A model generated the notes under the pieces. It was not told the DNA's origin and did no database searches. It worked only from the letters and a program-made list of their open reading frames with translations. The translations under genes were made by a program, and so were the position numbers. Of a DNA stretch of 64,000 nt, positions 19,672-29,909 are shown piece after piece. Position 1 is the stretch's first letter. Every line of letters begins with the position of its first letter. This DNA comes from Bdellovibrionales bacterium (lineage in GTDB: Bacteria > Bdellovibrionota > Bdellovibrionia > Bdellovibrionales > UBA1609), in the NCBI GenBank assembly GCA_965200875.1, contig OZ241456.1:448001-512000 (forward strand), given 5' to 3'.

Positions 19672-19959
19672 TTTTTCCTCCTCGTAAAAAACATTATTGA
19701 AAACGGGAATCCAGTCAAGGTAACATACTTTTTCACAGACCACTAAATATAAAGCATAAAGAAAAAGTTTTGACAAATAATAATTCCAACACTTTATTTT
19801 TTGGAAAATTTTGCTCTGATATTTTTAATAAAATCGCTGATTTTACACCTAACAGCTCTGTTCACTTGATTTTTTTATAAAAATCTTTAAAAATATTTGC
19901 TAATTCTAACCAGTTAAGTCCTGGTTTTAATTTAAAAACATTCGGGAAAATCAAATATT

Positions 19960-21465
19960 ATGTCCTTTTCACATGAAAGAAAAATCAGCATTAACTTGGA
20001 AAAAACAGCAAGGCTTTTAAACGGCTTTTTGCTGGGGCTATTGATTTTTTCCATCGTGGCAGGTTTTTTTTGGAACACAAGCTGGTATTGGCTGGCTGGC
20101 TTTCTATTCCCCATAAATCTTTTAAACGGCTATTATTTGTATGTTCAAACAAACCACGCGCTGTTGGCTAATTTTGGTATACTAGCTCTTTTTCGTTATC
20201 TCGTGGAAAGCATAGGCCCGGAGTTCAGACAATATCTTTACTCAAGCGATACAGAAGAAAAACCTTTTAACCGTACTGAAAGAGCGGATGTTTATAAACA
20301 GGCAAAAAATCAGGAAAAGTCATCCGCTTTTGGTTCTCTCCTGAATTTTGACAATAAAGCTTTAAAACTCAAACATTCTTTTTACCCGCTGGATAAAAAA
20401 AAACTCCAACCTTTTCGTATGTGTTTTGGTGAAGAAAGAGGTCTTAAAAAATCTTACACTATTAACAAAGCCCTGATGATTGGTGGGATGAGCTATGGTG
20501 CTTTGGGAAAAAAAGCCATTCATGCGTTGTCTTTGGGAGCGAAAAAAGCAGGTATCCCCTTAAACACGGGGGAAGGGGGGTATCCTAAGTATCATTTGAT
20601 GGGGGGTGCGGATTTGATTTTTCAAATGGGAACTGCAAAGTTCGGAGTACGCAATAAAGACGGCTCCTTTAACCCAGATTTGTTGGAAAAAATTTCAAAG
20701 CTGGATCCGGTAAAAATGATTGAAATTAAGTTTTCCCAAGGTGCAAAGCCTGGAAAAGGAGGATTTTTACCCAAAGAAAAAATTACAGAGGAAATTGCTG
20801 AACTCAGAGGTATCTCCAAAGAAAAAGACGCTATCTCTCCTGCTGGACACACGGAATGTTTTTCTGCAGAATCCACCGTGCAGTTTATCAAAAAAATCCA
20901 GGAAATATCCCTCCTTCCCGTGGGCATTAAGTTTTGTTTGGGATCCACACGGGAAATGGAAACAATGTTTCAAGAAATGAAAAAACAAAATTCTTACCCT
21001 GATTACATAGCTATAGATGGATCAGAAGGAGGCACGGGAGCTGCGCCTAAAACTTTTATGGATGATCTGGGCTATCCTGTTTTCCCAGCTTTGGAAAAAA
21101 TTACGAGTTTAATGAAAGACTTAAAAATCCGCGATAAATTTAAAATTGTCACGGCGGGAAAACTCATCAGTGCGGGTAAACAAATGATGGCTCTTTGTAT
21201 GGGTGCGAACGCCATTTACACCGCCAGAGGATTCATGTTGGCTTTAGGGTGTATACAAGCTCTAAGATGCAACAACAACACTTGCCCTGTAGGCATCACC
21301 ACTCATTCTGAAAAACTGCAACATGGTTTGAATATTGAAGAAAAATCCGAGCGGGTTAAAAATTATGTTTCAAATTTGGATCATCATCACTATGAAATGC
21401 TATCAGCAATGGGTGAAATAAAATTTTCCAACCTTACCCGTGACAACCTAATTTTCCCTAAGTAA
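19960..21465 (+). CDS. FMN-binding glutamate synthase family protein
   Basis: MSYGAL, NTGEGG, EIKFSQGAKPGKGG, DGSEGGTGAA, GCIQALRC..CP. Confidence 0.92.
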   Translation: MSFSHERKISINLEKTARLLNGFLLGLLIFSIVAGFFWNTSWYWLAGFLFPINLLNGYYLYVQTNHALLANFGILALFRYLVESIGPEFRQYLYSSDTEEKPFNRTERADVYKQAKNQEKSSAFGSLLNFDNKALKLKHSFYPLDKKKLQPFRMCFGEERGLKKSYTINKALMIGGMSYGALGKKAIHALSLGAKKAGIPLNTGEGGYPKYHLMGGADLIFQMGTAKFGVRNKDGSFNPDLLEKISKLDPVKMIEIKFSQGAKPGKGGFLPKEKITEEIAELRGISKEKDAISPAGHTECFSAESTVQFIKKIQEISLLPVGIKFCLGSTREMETMFQEMKKQNSYPDYIAIDGSEGGTGAAPKTFMDDLGYPVFPALEKITSLMKDLKIRDKFKIVTAGKLISAGKQMMALCMGANAIYTARGFMLALGCIQALRCNNNTCPVGITTHSEKLQHGLNIEEKSERVKNYVSNLDHHHYEMLSAMGEIKFSNLTRDNLIFPK

Positions 21466-21471
21466 CCTCAC

Positions 21472-21900
21472 TTATTTATTTTGTTCTGGGCAAGTATCTT
21501 GAGTCAAAAGATGTTGATGTCTTGTGTTCTGATAAATACTTCCTCCCAAAATATATTTAAAATCATAATGTAAGTTTTTGTCTTTTGTGCATAAAACTTT
21601 CACTTGTTCAGCTTTTGCCAAACCTAATATGTGAATATCATTTGATTTGAGTTTATTATTTTTTCTTAAGTCAGTTATTATTCGCTCAACTTGTTTTTTA
21701 GGAACAAAGCGCGCGTTTCCTGATTGATAATATCTTTCTAAAATTTTTCTTTGATTTTGAGTCAGTTCTTTTTGAAACGATTCATGGTCAGAATAAACCA
21801 GTTTTCCATTTTTCTTTTTCAGCCATTTATGAACAGGTTGCATGACTCTTGTATTTTTAAGAAAGTCCGGCCACATATTGATATCCAGTATCATACACAT
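21472..21900 (-). CDS. PIN-domain nuclease-like protein
   Basis: ILDIN, ELT, SNDIHILGLA, LCTKDKNL: acidic PIN pattern. Confidence 0.75.
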   Translation of the reverse strand: MCMILDINMWPDFLKNTRVMQPVHKWLKKKNGKLVYSDHESFQKELTQNQRKILERYYQSGNARFVPKKQVERIITDLRKNNKLKSNDIHILGLAKAEQVKVLCTKDKNLHYDFKYILGGSIYQNTRHQHLLTQDTCPEQNK

Positions 21901-21903
21901 GGT

Positions 21904-23211
21904 TTAGTCCTCAAACCCTAATAAGCGATCGGTTTCTTTGATAAAAAACTTTCTGTATCCTGTTGGTGCGCCAATTAAATTTCCTTGTTTATCAATAGAT
22001 AAGTTGTGCGCCTTTATACCTTCTTTTACAGGTTCAAAATATATTATGGAAACCTGATCATGGGCAATTTCTCCTTTGCGAATTTCAATCCTTGTTCTGT
22101 CCAAAATATAATCACTGTGAGTTTCAATTAAAAAGGAATTATTTGTTTTTGCACTTTTAACAAACAATGATGCAAGCTCCGCTTGGGCTTCTGGATGCAA
22201 ATGAACTTCCGGCTGTTGCAATAAAAACCAAGTTCCTCTTTTTGACGAATATCTTGCTTGAATATTAGACGCAAAAAGGCGAACTAAAAGGGGGAGAATC
22301 TGACTCAAGCCATAGCCGGTGTCTATGATATTGGATTCAATTCCTCTCACTTTAAACTGTAACTGAAAAGGATCTCCCTTTGTCTTTCCAAATTTTCTGA
22401 CTTCAATATCAGAAAACAACCCGGATGCTTTTCCGAAGTCAATTAATTTTTTATGGATCTTTTTCCAATCCCTTGTTTTGCCTCTTAAGTTAGAGAGAAG
22501 AACAGGGATTTCATTACCCTCCGGGCTAGGGGATTCCTTAATCGGGTTGTATGTTCTTTGTGGTTTGGAGCGGATAGGAGCTAGGCTGAATATGCTTTCT
22601 GCGAATAATTTTCTTGTCCAAGTCCGTAAAGACTTTAATGCTTTATAAACAATATTCGACTGATCTTTATGAGTTCGAGGAATGTAGGGGTCTATCAGAT
22701 GCCAAGCCAGAGAAATGTCATCATCCGAAGAAAAAAACTTATCTGTTTTTTTAATGACTTTATTACTTTTATCGTCTTTTATGATCCAAAGACTTTTTCC
22801 TCCTTTTTCTTTACAACAAAATGAAATATTTTTTAAATTGGCACTCACTTTCTTTATAACGGGTTCTGCGCCTTCTTTTTTTTCTTTAAAACAAAAATTA
22901 TATTTAATATCATCATTATGGCTGATAGCAATTTCAAAGTTTTTTATAGTTTTTTTTCCTCTCCCGGTCTTTGATTTTCTGACAATATCCATGAAAGATC
23001 CCATAGAGTAAGGTTCTTCATTAAAATTAGGATTATGGAATCCCTTTTGTGAGAGGAAGTTATAAATTGTGGAAAAACAACTCATAACAGTTGTTTTTCC
23101 TGTGCTGTTCGCTCCTACTAAAAAAGTCAAAGGACGAATCTCAAAATGTTGCTCTCCTGAAAAGCATCTGACATCTTTTATTGTTAATTTGAGATTTCTG
23201 TTTTTTGACAT
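21904..23211 (-). CDS. ABC/AAA-type ATPase (AAA_15/AAA_21, DUF3696-like C-terminus)
   Basis: GANSTGKT; TGYGLSQ signature; LLQQPEVHLHP; IETHS H-loop. Confidence 0.88.
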   Translation of the reverse strand: MSKNRNLKLTIKDVRCFSGEQHFEIRPLTFLVGANSTGKTTVMSCFSTIYNFLSQKGFHNPNFNEEPYSMGSFMDIVRKSKTGRGKKTIKNFEIAISHNDDIKYNFCFKEKKEGAEPVIKKVSANLKNISFCCKEKGGKSLWIIKDDKSNKVIKKTDKFFSSDDDISLAWHLIDPYIPRTHKDQSNIVYKALKSLRTWTRKLFAESIFSLAPIRSKPQRTYNPIKESPSPEGNEIPVLLSNLRGKTRDWKKIHKKLIDFGKASGLFSDIEVRKFGKTKGDPFQLQFKVRGIESNIIDTGYGLSQILPLLVRLFASNIQARYSSKRGTWFLLQQPEVHLHPEAQAELASLFVKSAKTNNSFLIETHSDYILDRTRIEIRKGEIAHDQVSIIYFEPVKEGIKAHNLSIDKQGNLIGAPTGYRKFFIKETDRLLGFED

Positions 23212-23476
23212 ATTCCTGATTTTCCTTTGCTTTACATATAATAAAAAAATCTGTTTTTATCCATAAAAAAACGATTTTTAGGGATTTGTGATTTGGCCCT
23301 CATATTTGAACAGTAGGTCAATTATAATGCAATGTATAAAATAAAAAGCAAGAGGAGTCAATTTCACCGGTGATTGTTTGAGCAGATTTTACTTGAGAAA
23401 ATTATATAATTTGCTTTACACTTGAATGCGAACAATATCAAAATTGAAAGGGAACAATATCAAAAGGAGTTAAATA

Positions 23477-24106
23477 TTGTTAACGGATCAGCTACTGGCT
23501 ATTTCCTCATTCGCGCATGAAGTAATCTTATGGTGCTTGATTATTTTAAGTGTGTTTTCTGTGGCAATTATATTTGAGCGTTTTTTCTTTATAAAAAGTT
23601 TTTTATCTGAAACATCCTTGATTCTTTCTGAAATGATATCGGCACTTGAAAGTGGCAGAAATTCTCACATGAAGCTTGTGTACGATAAATACGCTCTCTT
23701 ACCAGCAGGGAAACTTTTGCAAAAGGGGTGGGAGCATATTATTCAAAACCGAGATAGAGGTTTAGAGGAAATGATGGATGCTCATTTATTGGCGTCTAAA
23801 CCTCAAATGGAAACTCATCTTGGGTTTTTAGCTACTTTAGGTTCCAATGCTCCTTTTATTGGTCTGTTGGGCACTATATTTGGAGTTATGGAGGCTTTTG
23901 AAGCCCTGGGATCGAATGAGGGATCTGCGACAGTGGTTATGGTGGGTATTTCAAAAGCTTTAGTGGCTACAGCAGTGGGTTTGATTGTGGCGATCCCTGC
24001 CATTACCGCGTATAATTTTTTGCAAAAAAAACTGAAAATGATTTTTCATCATTTGGAGTCTATGAAAGAAACTTTGCTTTCCTTCTCTAAAAATTGCAAT
24101 AAATAA
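23477..24106 (+). CDS. MotA/TolQ/ExbB proton channel protein
   Basis: APFIGLLGTIFG; ALVATAVGL.VAIP. Confidence 0.92.
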   Translation: MLTDQLLAISSFAHEVILWCLIILSVFSVAIIFERFFFIKSFLSETSLILSEMISALESGRNSHMKLVYDKYALLPAGKLLQKGWEHIIQNRDRGLEEMMDAHLLASKPQMETHLGFLATLGSNAPFIGLLGTIFGVMEAFEALGSNEGSATVVMVGISKALVATAVGLIVAIPAITAYNFLQKKLKMIFHHLESMKETLLSFSKNCNK

Positions 24107-24136
24107 AAACAGTCAGATGAATTTAGGAAATGAAAT

Positions 24137-24544
24137 ATGGCCGGTAAATTAATAGATGAAAGTCAGCCTATAGCGGAAATTAATATTATTCCCTTCGTGG
24201 ATATTATTTTGGTTATACTGATTATTTTTATGGTTACAGCACCGTTTATAATAAAAACCGGTTTTTCATTAGATTTGCCGAAAGCCAGTTCTGCCGGTGC
24301 TGTTAGTAACGCAAAAGTAAATATTACCATAAGTGCTGACGGTCGGGTGTTGTTAAATGGTGAAGTGTTTGAACCAGAACAGATGGTAGAGCAATTAAAA
24401 AAAAACAACATGAAACCGAATGAAACCCAGGTGATTATTTCCGCAGATAAAAATATCCTACACGGAAAAGTGATTTCCGTTATCAATATTGTAAAGTCTG
24501 CCGGTTTAAGAAAAGTGGCTATTGCCACTAAAAAGTCCGAGTGA
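24137..24544 (+). CDS. ExbD/TolR protein
   Basis: EINIIPFVDIILVILIIFMVT; ISADK. Confidence 0.92.
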   Translation: MAGKLIDESQPIAEINIIPFVDIILVILIIFMVTAPFIIKTGFSLDLPKASSAGAVSNAKVNITISADGRVLLNGEVFEPEQMVEQLKKNNMKPNETQVIISADKNILHGKVISVINIVKSAGLRKVAIATKKSE

Positions 24545-24547
24545 TTT

Positions 24548-25870
24548 TTATATGAAAAGACTTAAAGGGTTTTCCATTTTATGGATAAAGGATTTTAGTG
24601 CGCGTGCCGATACCGCTCCATCAATTAACCGGTGATCACAGGTTAAGGAGAAGTTCATTGTCTTTTTAGGAACAAAAGCAGAACCATCCCAATGCGGTTT
24701 TACATAAATACGATACATTCCCAAAATAGCTGTTTCCGGTGCATTGATGATGGGGGTGGCGTATTCACCGCCTAGGCTTCCAATGTTGGTAATGGTAATG
24801 GTGCCACTGCTCATTTCATCTGGGGAGATATTTCCCGACCTAGCTTTTTCTGCCAGAGTTTGAATTTCAAAACTGATTTCCGCCAGAGATTTTTTATCCA
24901 CATTTTTTATGACAGGGACTAAAAGTCCGCGGGGAGTGTCCACAGCCAAGCCAAAGTTGTAATAGCTCTTCATTACAATTTCATTTGAAAAGTCGTCAAT
25001 ACTGGCATTCAGTTCAGGAAATTCTTTTATGGTTTGTAAAAGTCCCTTCATTATAAAGGGAAGATAAGTCACTTTTATTTGTTTTTCTTTTAGCATATCC
25101 TTTACAGTATTTTTTACTTTGTCTAATTGTTCTATATTTGCTGATTCCATTAAAGTGAAGTGGGGAATAACTGTTTTTGAAATCTGCATTTTTTCAGCAA
25201 TCTTTTTTCTAACTCCTTTTAAAGGTATGCGTTTTTGATGGGCTTCTTCTGGAATGGAAAAGCCGGTTGTGCGATTACTGCTCATATTATTTTGAGCGGA
25301 AGGAGTCGTTAAATGGCCAATAGATTTTCCAGCAAATTTTAAAACATCTTCTTTGGTAATACGCCCGGCCAGACCGGAACCTGTAATTTGGCTTAATCGG
25401 ACTCCTGATTCCCGTGCCAGTCGGCGAGTAAAAGGAGTGGCCAAAACTGATGGGTCATCTTCTGTATCAAAATAGGTCGCTTTATTTGAGCGTGGAGGTG
25501 AGGAGGTGGAAGGAGTTACTTTTAAGGAAGAGTCAGCAGATTTCAGAATATCTGTAGGTGGAGGGGCTTGGGATTGTTCTTTTGTTTCATCTGCTTGTTC
25601 TTTTTTTCCAGCTTTGGAACTTTTGATAATCAAAAGACTTTGACCTACTTGAATAGTGTCGCCTTCTTTGGCAGAAAAAGACTCCACCACTCCATCTAAG
25701 GGAGAAGGCACTTCCATAGAGGCTTTATCTGTCATCACTTCCGCAACAGGTTGATCAATTTGAATTTTGTCCCCTGCAGAAACAAGCCACTTTATCAGCT
25801 CGCCTTCAGTGACTCCTTCACCCAGTTCCGGCAGGTTAATGGTTTTGCTTAATTGGGAATTTTCTTTCAT
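24548..25870 (-). CDS. 2-oxoacid dehydrogenase E2 (dihydrolipoamide acyltransferase)
   Basis: TDKA lipoyl motif; E3-binding domain; DHRLIDG. Confidence 0.93.
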   Translation of the reverse strand: MKENSQLSKTINLPELGEGVTEGELIKWLVSAGDKIQIDQPVAEVMTDKASMEVPSPLDGVVESFSAKEGDTIQVGQSLLIIKSSKAGKKEQADETKEQSQAPPPTDILKSADSSLKVTPSTSSPPRSNKATYFDTEDDPSVLATPFTRRLARESGVRLSQITGSGLAGRITKEDVLKFAGKSIGHLTTPSAQNNMSSNRTTGFSIPEEAHQKRIPLKGVRKKIAEKMQISKTVIPHFTLMESANIEQLDKVKNTVKDMLKEKQIKVTYLPFIMKGLLQTIKEFPELNASIDDFSNEIVMKSYYNFGLAVDTPRGLLVPVIKNVDKKSLAEISFEIQTLAEKARSGNISPDEMSSGTITITNIGSLGGEYATPIINAPETAILGMYRIYVKPHWDGSAFVPKKTMNFSLTCDHRLIDGAVSARALKSFIHKMENPLSLFI

Positions 25871-25913
25871 AATTGATTTTTCAGTTCTTTTTTTAAGGTT
25901 AATCAAGGCTTTA

Positions 25914-26822
25914 TTAGTTTTTCAATTCTTTTTCACGGTTAATCAAGGCTTTCATAAAAAATTCACCGGCTCTGTAAGAGCTTCGCACCAAAGGCCCGCT
26001 GGCTACATAGAGAAAACCTTGGTTCAAGGCATATTCTTTCCATTCGTTAAACTTCCGCGGAGTTACATACTCTGCGACCGATAAATGTCGTTTTCGAGGT
26101 TGTAGATATTGACCAAATGTCAACACATCACACCCCACTGAGCGCAGATCTCTTAAGGTGCTTTTTATTTCTTCATCTTGTTCTCCTAAACCCAACATAA
26201 TAGAGCTTTTTGTGTAAATTTCCGGTTTTTCTTCTTTTGCCATTTCCAGCACATTTAGGGATTGCCAATAACCTGCTCTCCGATCGCGCACTTTAGGGGT
26301 CAGGCGCTCTATGGTCTCCACATTATGGGCAAACACATTCGGACTGGCAGATAAAATGGTTTTTATGCAATCTCGTCTCCCCTTAAAATCTGGTGTTAAA
26401 ACCTCCACTAAAAGATCTGGAACCAATTTTTTTAAATGACTAATGGTTTTTGCAAAATGTTTCGCGCCTTCATCTGGCAAATCATCCCGATCTACAGAAG
26501 TTAACACCACATACTCAAGCCCCATCTGGGATACAGCCTCTGCCACTTTGGAAGGTTCCTGAGGATCCAGCCAGCCTTTGGGATTTCCTGTTTTGACATT
26601 GCAAAATCGGCAAGCTCGTGTGCAAACCTCCCCCATTAACATTATGGTGGCTGTTCCTCCTCCCCAGCATTCCGCCATATTGGGACAGTTGGCCTCTTGG
26701 CAGACTGTAGCAAGATTAAGAGATTTGAGAAGCCGGCGAATGCGAAAATACTCCTCTCCCGTGGGAAGAGAAACCTTTAACCATTCCGGCTTCATTTTAC
26801 GCGCTGTGGAAATGTGAGACAT
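25914..26822 (-). CDS. lipA: Lipoyl synthase
   Basis: CQEANCPNMAEC, CTRACRFC, VRSSY. Confidence 0.97.
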   Translation of the reverse strand: MSHISTARKMKPEWLKVSLPTGEEYFRIRRLLKSLNLATVCQEANCPNMAECWGGGTATIMLMGEVCTRACRFCNVKTGNPKGWLDPQEPSKVAEAVSQMGLEYVVLTSVDRDDLPDEGAKHFAKTISHLKKLVPDLLVEVLTPDFKGRRDCIKTILSASPNVFAHNVETIERLTPKVRDRRAGYWQSLNVLEMAKEEKPEIYTKSSIMLGLGEQDEEIKSTLRDLRSVGCDVLTFGQYLQPRKRHLSVAEYVTPRKFNEWKEYALNQGFLYVASGPLVRSSYRAGEFFMKALINREKELKN

Positions 26823-26906
26823 AAAAATTGTTCTAACACAAAAAGACCGGATATTTTAGATTTTTTTCTGGGATTTTACGCACTTTATTCAGTCAAAATA
26901 ACACTC

Positions 26907-26925
26907 TTTTTCACGGATGGACCAC
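26907..26925. mobile_element. MITE terminal repeat remnant
   Basis: TTTTTCACGGATGGACCAC followed by TA. Confidence 0.45.
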
Positions 26926-26945
26926 TAAAAGTGAGTTTGAATATT

Positions 26946-29909
26946 TTAAGGAAGAACCAGAATCTCTTTGAAATGGGGGACTTCCTCTTTTATTTTTTCA
27001 GAGTTTCCCACCACCCCCTTCCGGGATTTTTTCAAAGCATGAGCTAAAGCTTGATTGATTTTATTAAAGCTTTTAGGGTAGGTTTTCAAAATTTCCCGCT
27101 TGGTTTGAATATAATCGTCCCAGCTCAGATCCGTCAAATAGAGCTTTGTCATCAGATTCGCTTTTGCTGATACAGATCGATCTCTATAGTATGTTTTTAA
27201 AGCTCCCAGAATAGCTGGTGTAAGTTTTTCTTGGTTCAGTTTTTCTTTTTTCATAAAATCCACAATTTGAGAAAAGGAAGAAAAACTGTTTTTAAGATGA
27301 GGGTCTCTATAAGTCTGCATCAGCCATAAACCTGAGCGACTTGGGTAAACCCATGCACCATAAGCACCGGATTGTTCTCTAAACCGAGGAATCATAAAAT
27401 GAGTCTCCACATATTTAGAATAAACTTCCAAAATACCACTATACTGTAACCCTTGATTTTTTAAAGAGGCTACTTCTGTTAAATATTGGACTTCCCCAGG
27501 GATGGCATAAGCAGAATAATTTTTCTGATGGGCAAATGGCCATTCCTGATCTTTTGAGCTTTGAGTAGGCAGAGATTTCTGAAGGTTTTTAAGTGCAGCT
27601 CTTAAAGGTTTTAATTCATTTTGATCAGCTACACTACTGATCAAGTAAAGTCTTTTCTGATTAAAAATATCTCCAAGCAGGGACTGAAGTGTTGGCACTA
27701 TTTGATGGGAATCCAGATTTGATTTTAAAAGGTGCTCCAAAAAAAGTCCACCGTATGTTTCGTCTTCAAAAGATCCTTTAAGCGGGAAAAAACTTTTTAT
27801 AGCGGATAAAGTGGAAAGCGAGTTGGCTTGTCTGGAGATATTGTTGCCAATATTGGTTTTCAATTCATCTAGGAGATTTTGTGCTCGATCTTTTGGAGAA
27901 AATTGGCTGTTCAATAAAATCTCTTTTAAAAGAGACAGGCTTTTTTCGCGATTCTCATTTAAAAAACTCAAACTAATTCGCATTAAAGGCTTGAATTGTG
28001 TTGGATTCTTAGCAGATTGGTAAGCTTTGATGTTAAAGCTTAATGCTCCAGTATAGGTTTGGATTTGCTGGAATAGTTCTTGAAAAGAATAATTTTTTGT
28101 ATTTGTTTTTTTAAGTAGTTTGATGAAGAAGCGAAGATTTTTCAGATCTTCCTCTTTGACTCCTTTAAGATCAAAGTAAAGCTGGACATAAGAAATCCCA
28201 TAAGTGGGTTGTGGATATTCCATAATTTGACAGGACTCTGTTTTAAAACGGTGAACAGGAATAGGTTTTTCATTTGTGTGAATATCAGCAAGTTTTAACA
28301 AGGGGGTTTTGTTTGTGATATCCAAGGGTTCTTTCATGGCCACCCATTGACGAAAGCTTTTGTCTTCTTTTTCATATTCCCTGAGAGGCTTCAGTTTAAG
28401 AGCCTCTGTCACTTGTGTTTCAATGGTTTTTTTGAATTTTTCAGAAAACTTTGGATCTGGTTTCATAATCAACCAGCGAAACCGAAGGTTATCTTTAAAG
28501 TGTTTTTGAAAAGAATTTTTAATGAAATTTTTATCATTTAAAGTCTGTCGGGTTTTTTTCAATCGGGCGATATAATTCAATTTTTCAGCCAAGGAGAGTT
28601 GTTGAGGATGGATCCAGTGATTTTTAACCACAGAAGAAAGGTAAAGAGCTTTATGACTTTGATTTTTCTCTGCTCTGTTATCAAAATCCCATTGGTTGAG
28701 AATGGAATTTAAAAGTTCTGGATTCAAGCCATGTTGAATGATTTTATCTGTTTCCTTCTGCAAAATATTTTCTAGTTGTTTCATTTTTGAGCTTTCTGTT
28801 CCTTGAAACACAAAGGACCAAGCGTTGTCTTTTCCTGGTAATTTTGTGGCGGAAACAGATGTAGCCAAACCTTCTTTTAAGATTTTCAATTTAAGAGGGG
28901 CTACAGGATTGTTCACAAAAGCTTGTAGCATAACAAACAAACTGTCCTCTTCCCACAAAGGCATAGTCCCTAAGACATAACCTTTGGCTAAAAAATCCTT
29001 ATTGAGTCCTTTCGGACCAGGGTAATGAGCGTTTACAACCGGAGGGCTTGAATAATGACTGGAGTCTTTTTGCAAAGGGATTTCAGGGGATTTAAAATCT
29101 TTGTTTTTACTAAAGTGCGTAAGAAACTTTTTATCGATAGTGGAGAGTGTTTTTTTAAAAGCAATTTTTCCATAGAGGAAAATCAGAGAATTTTGTGGAT
29201 GATAATATTCTTTGTGAGCTGACACAATTTGCTCAAAACGAAGTGTGGAGATTTTTTCCGGCAGGCCACCGGAGCTATGGGCATAAGGGGTGTGAGGTAA
29301 AAGAAGGTGGGATAAATGTCGTGCCAAATGACTTGAGGGGTTTCCAAATACCCCTTTCATTTCATTAAACACAATTCCATTGACAGACATTTTCTTTGTT
29401 TCAGGGTGAACCTCATAGCGCCAGCCTTCTCTTTTTACAATTCTGGGATCTTGAATCGCTTTTGGGAAAAACACAGCATCCATATAAACAGAGAGCAGGT
29501 TATCAAAGTCTTTTGGACTGCGGGTGATAAAAGGATAACTTGTGCTGTCAGAGGCAGTAAAAGCATTAATAAAACTGGCTATTGATGAATCAGACACATT
29601 AAAAAAAGTGGATTTAGAGGGGTATAACCGGGACCCTGCCAAAACTGCATGTTCAAAAATATGAAAAAGTCCAGAGTCATCATAAGGAGGTGTTTTAAAG
29701 TTAACTGCAAACCCACGAGCTTGATCTTCATTCCTGATAAGGACCAGATTAGCTCCTGATTTTTTATGAATCATCTGATCCACTGTTCCATAAGAGCTTT
29801 TAAAACTATGCAATTTTTTATAAGGACTGCATGATATGAAAAAAAAACTTCCCATAAAAACTAAAATATTTGCATGAGAAAAAATATTTTTACTCTTCGT
29901 CTGCTCCAT
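26946..29909 (-). CDS. M16C (PreP/insulinase-like) metallopeptidase with putative lipoprotein signal
   Basis: HIFEH inverzincin motif; NAFT; GIVFNEMKG; REQSGAYG; N-terminal FFFISC. Start uncertain. Confidence 0.88.
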   Translation of the reverse strand: MEQTKSKNIFSHANILVFMGSFFFISCSPYKKLHSFKSSYGTVDQMIHKKSGANLVLIRNEDQARGFAVNFKTPPYDDSGLFHIFEHAVLAGSRLYPSKSTFFNVSDSSIASFINAFTASDSTSYPFITRSPKDFDNLLSVYMDAVFFPKAIQDPRIVKREGWRYEVHPETKKMSVNGIVFNEMKGVFGNPSSHLARHLSHLLLPHTPYAHSSGGLPEKISTLRFEQIVSAHKEYYHPQNSLIFLYGKIAFKKTLSTIDKKFLTHFSKNKDFKSPEIPLQKDSSHYSSPPVVNAHYPGPKGLNKDFLAKGYVLGTMPLWEEDSLFVMLQAFVNNPVAPLKLKILKEGLATSVSATKLPGKDNAWSFVFQGTESSKMKQLENILQKETDKIIQHGLNPELLNSILNQWDFDNRAEKNQSHKALYLSSVVKNHWIHPQQLSLAEKLNYIARLKKTRQTLNDKNFIKNSFQKHFKDNLRFRWLIMKPDPKFSEKFKKTIETQVTEALKLKPLREYEKEDKSFRQWVAMKEPLDITNKTPLLKLADIHTNEKPIPVHRFKTESCQIMEYPQPTYGISYVQLYFDLKGVKEEDLKNLRFFIKLLKKTNTKNYSFQELFQQIQTYTGALSFNIKAYQSAKNPTQFKPLMRISLSFLNENREKSLSLLKEILLNSQFSPKDRAQNLLDELKTNIGNNISRQANSLSTLSAIKSFFPLKGSFEDETYGGLFLEHLLKSNLDSHQIVPTLQSLLGDIFNQKRLYLISSVADQNELKPLRAALKNLQKSLPTQSSKDQEWPFAHQKNYSAYAIPGEVQYLTEVASLKNQGLQYSGILEVYSKYVETHFMIPRFREQSGAYGAWVYPSRSGLWLMQTYRDPHLKNSFSSFSQIVDFMKKEKLNQEKLTPAILGALKTYYRDRSVSAKANLMTKLYLTDLSWDDYIQTKREILKTYPKSFNKINQALAHALKKSRKGVVGNSEKIKEEVPHFKEILVLP

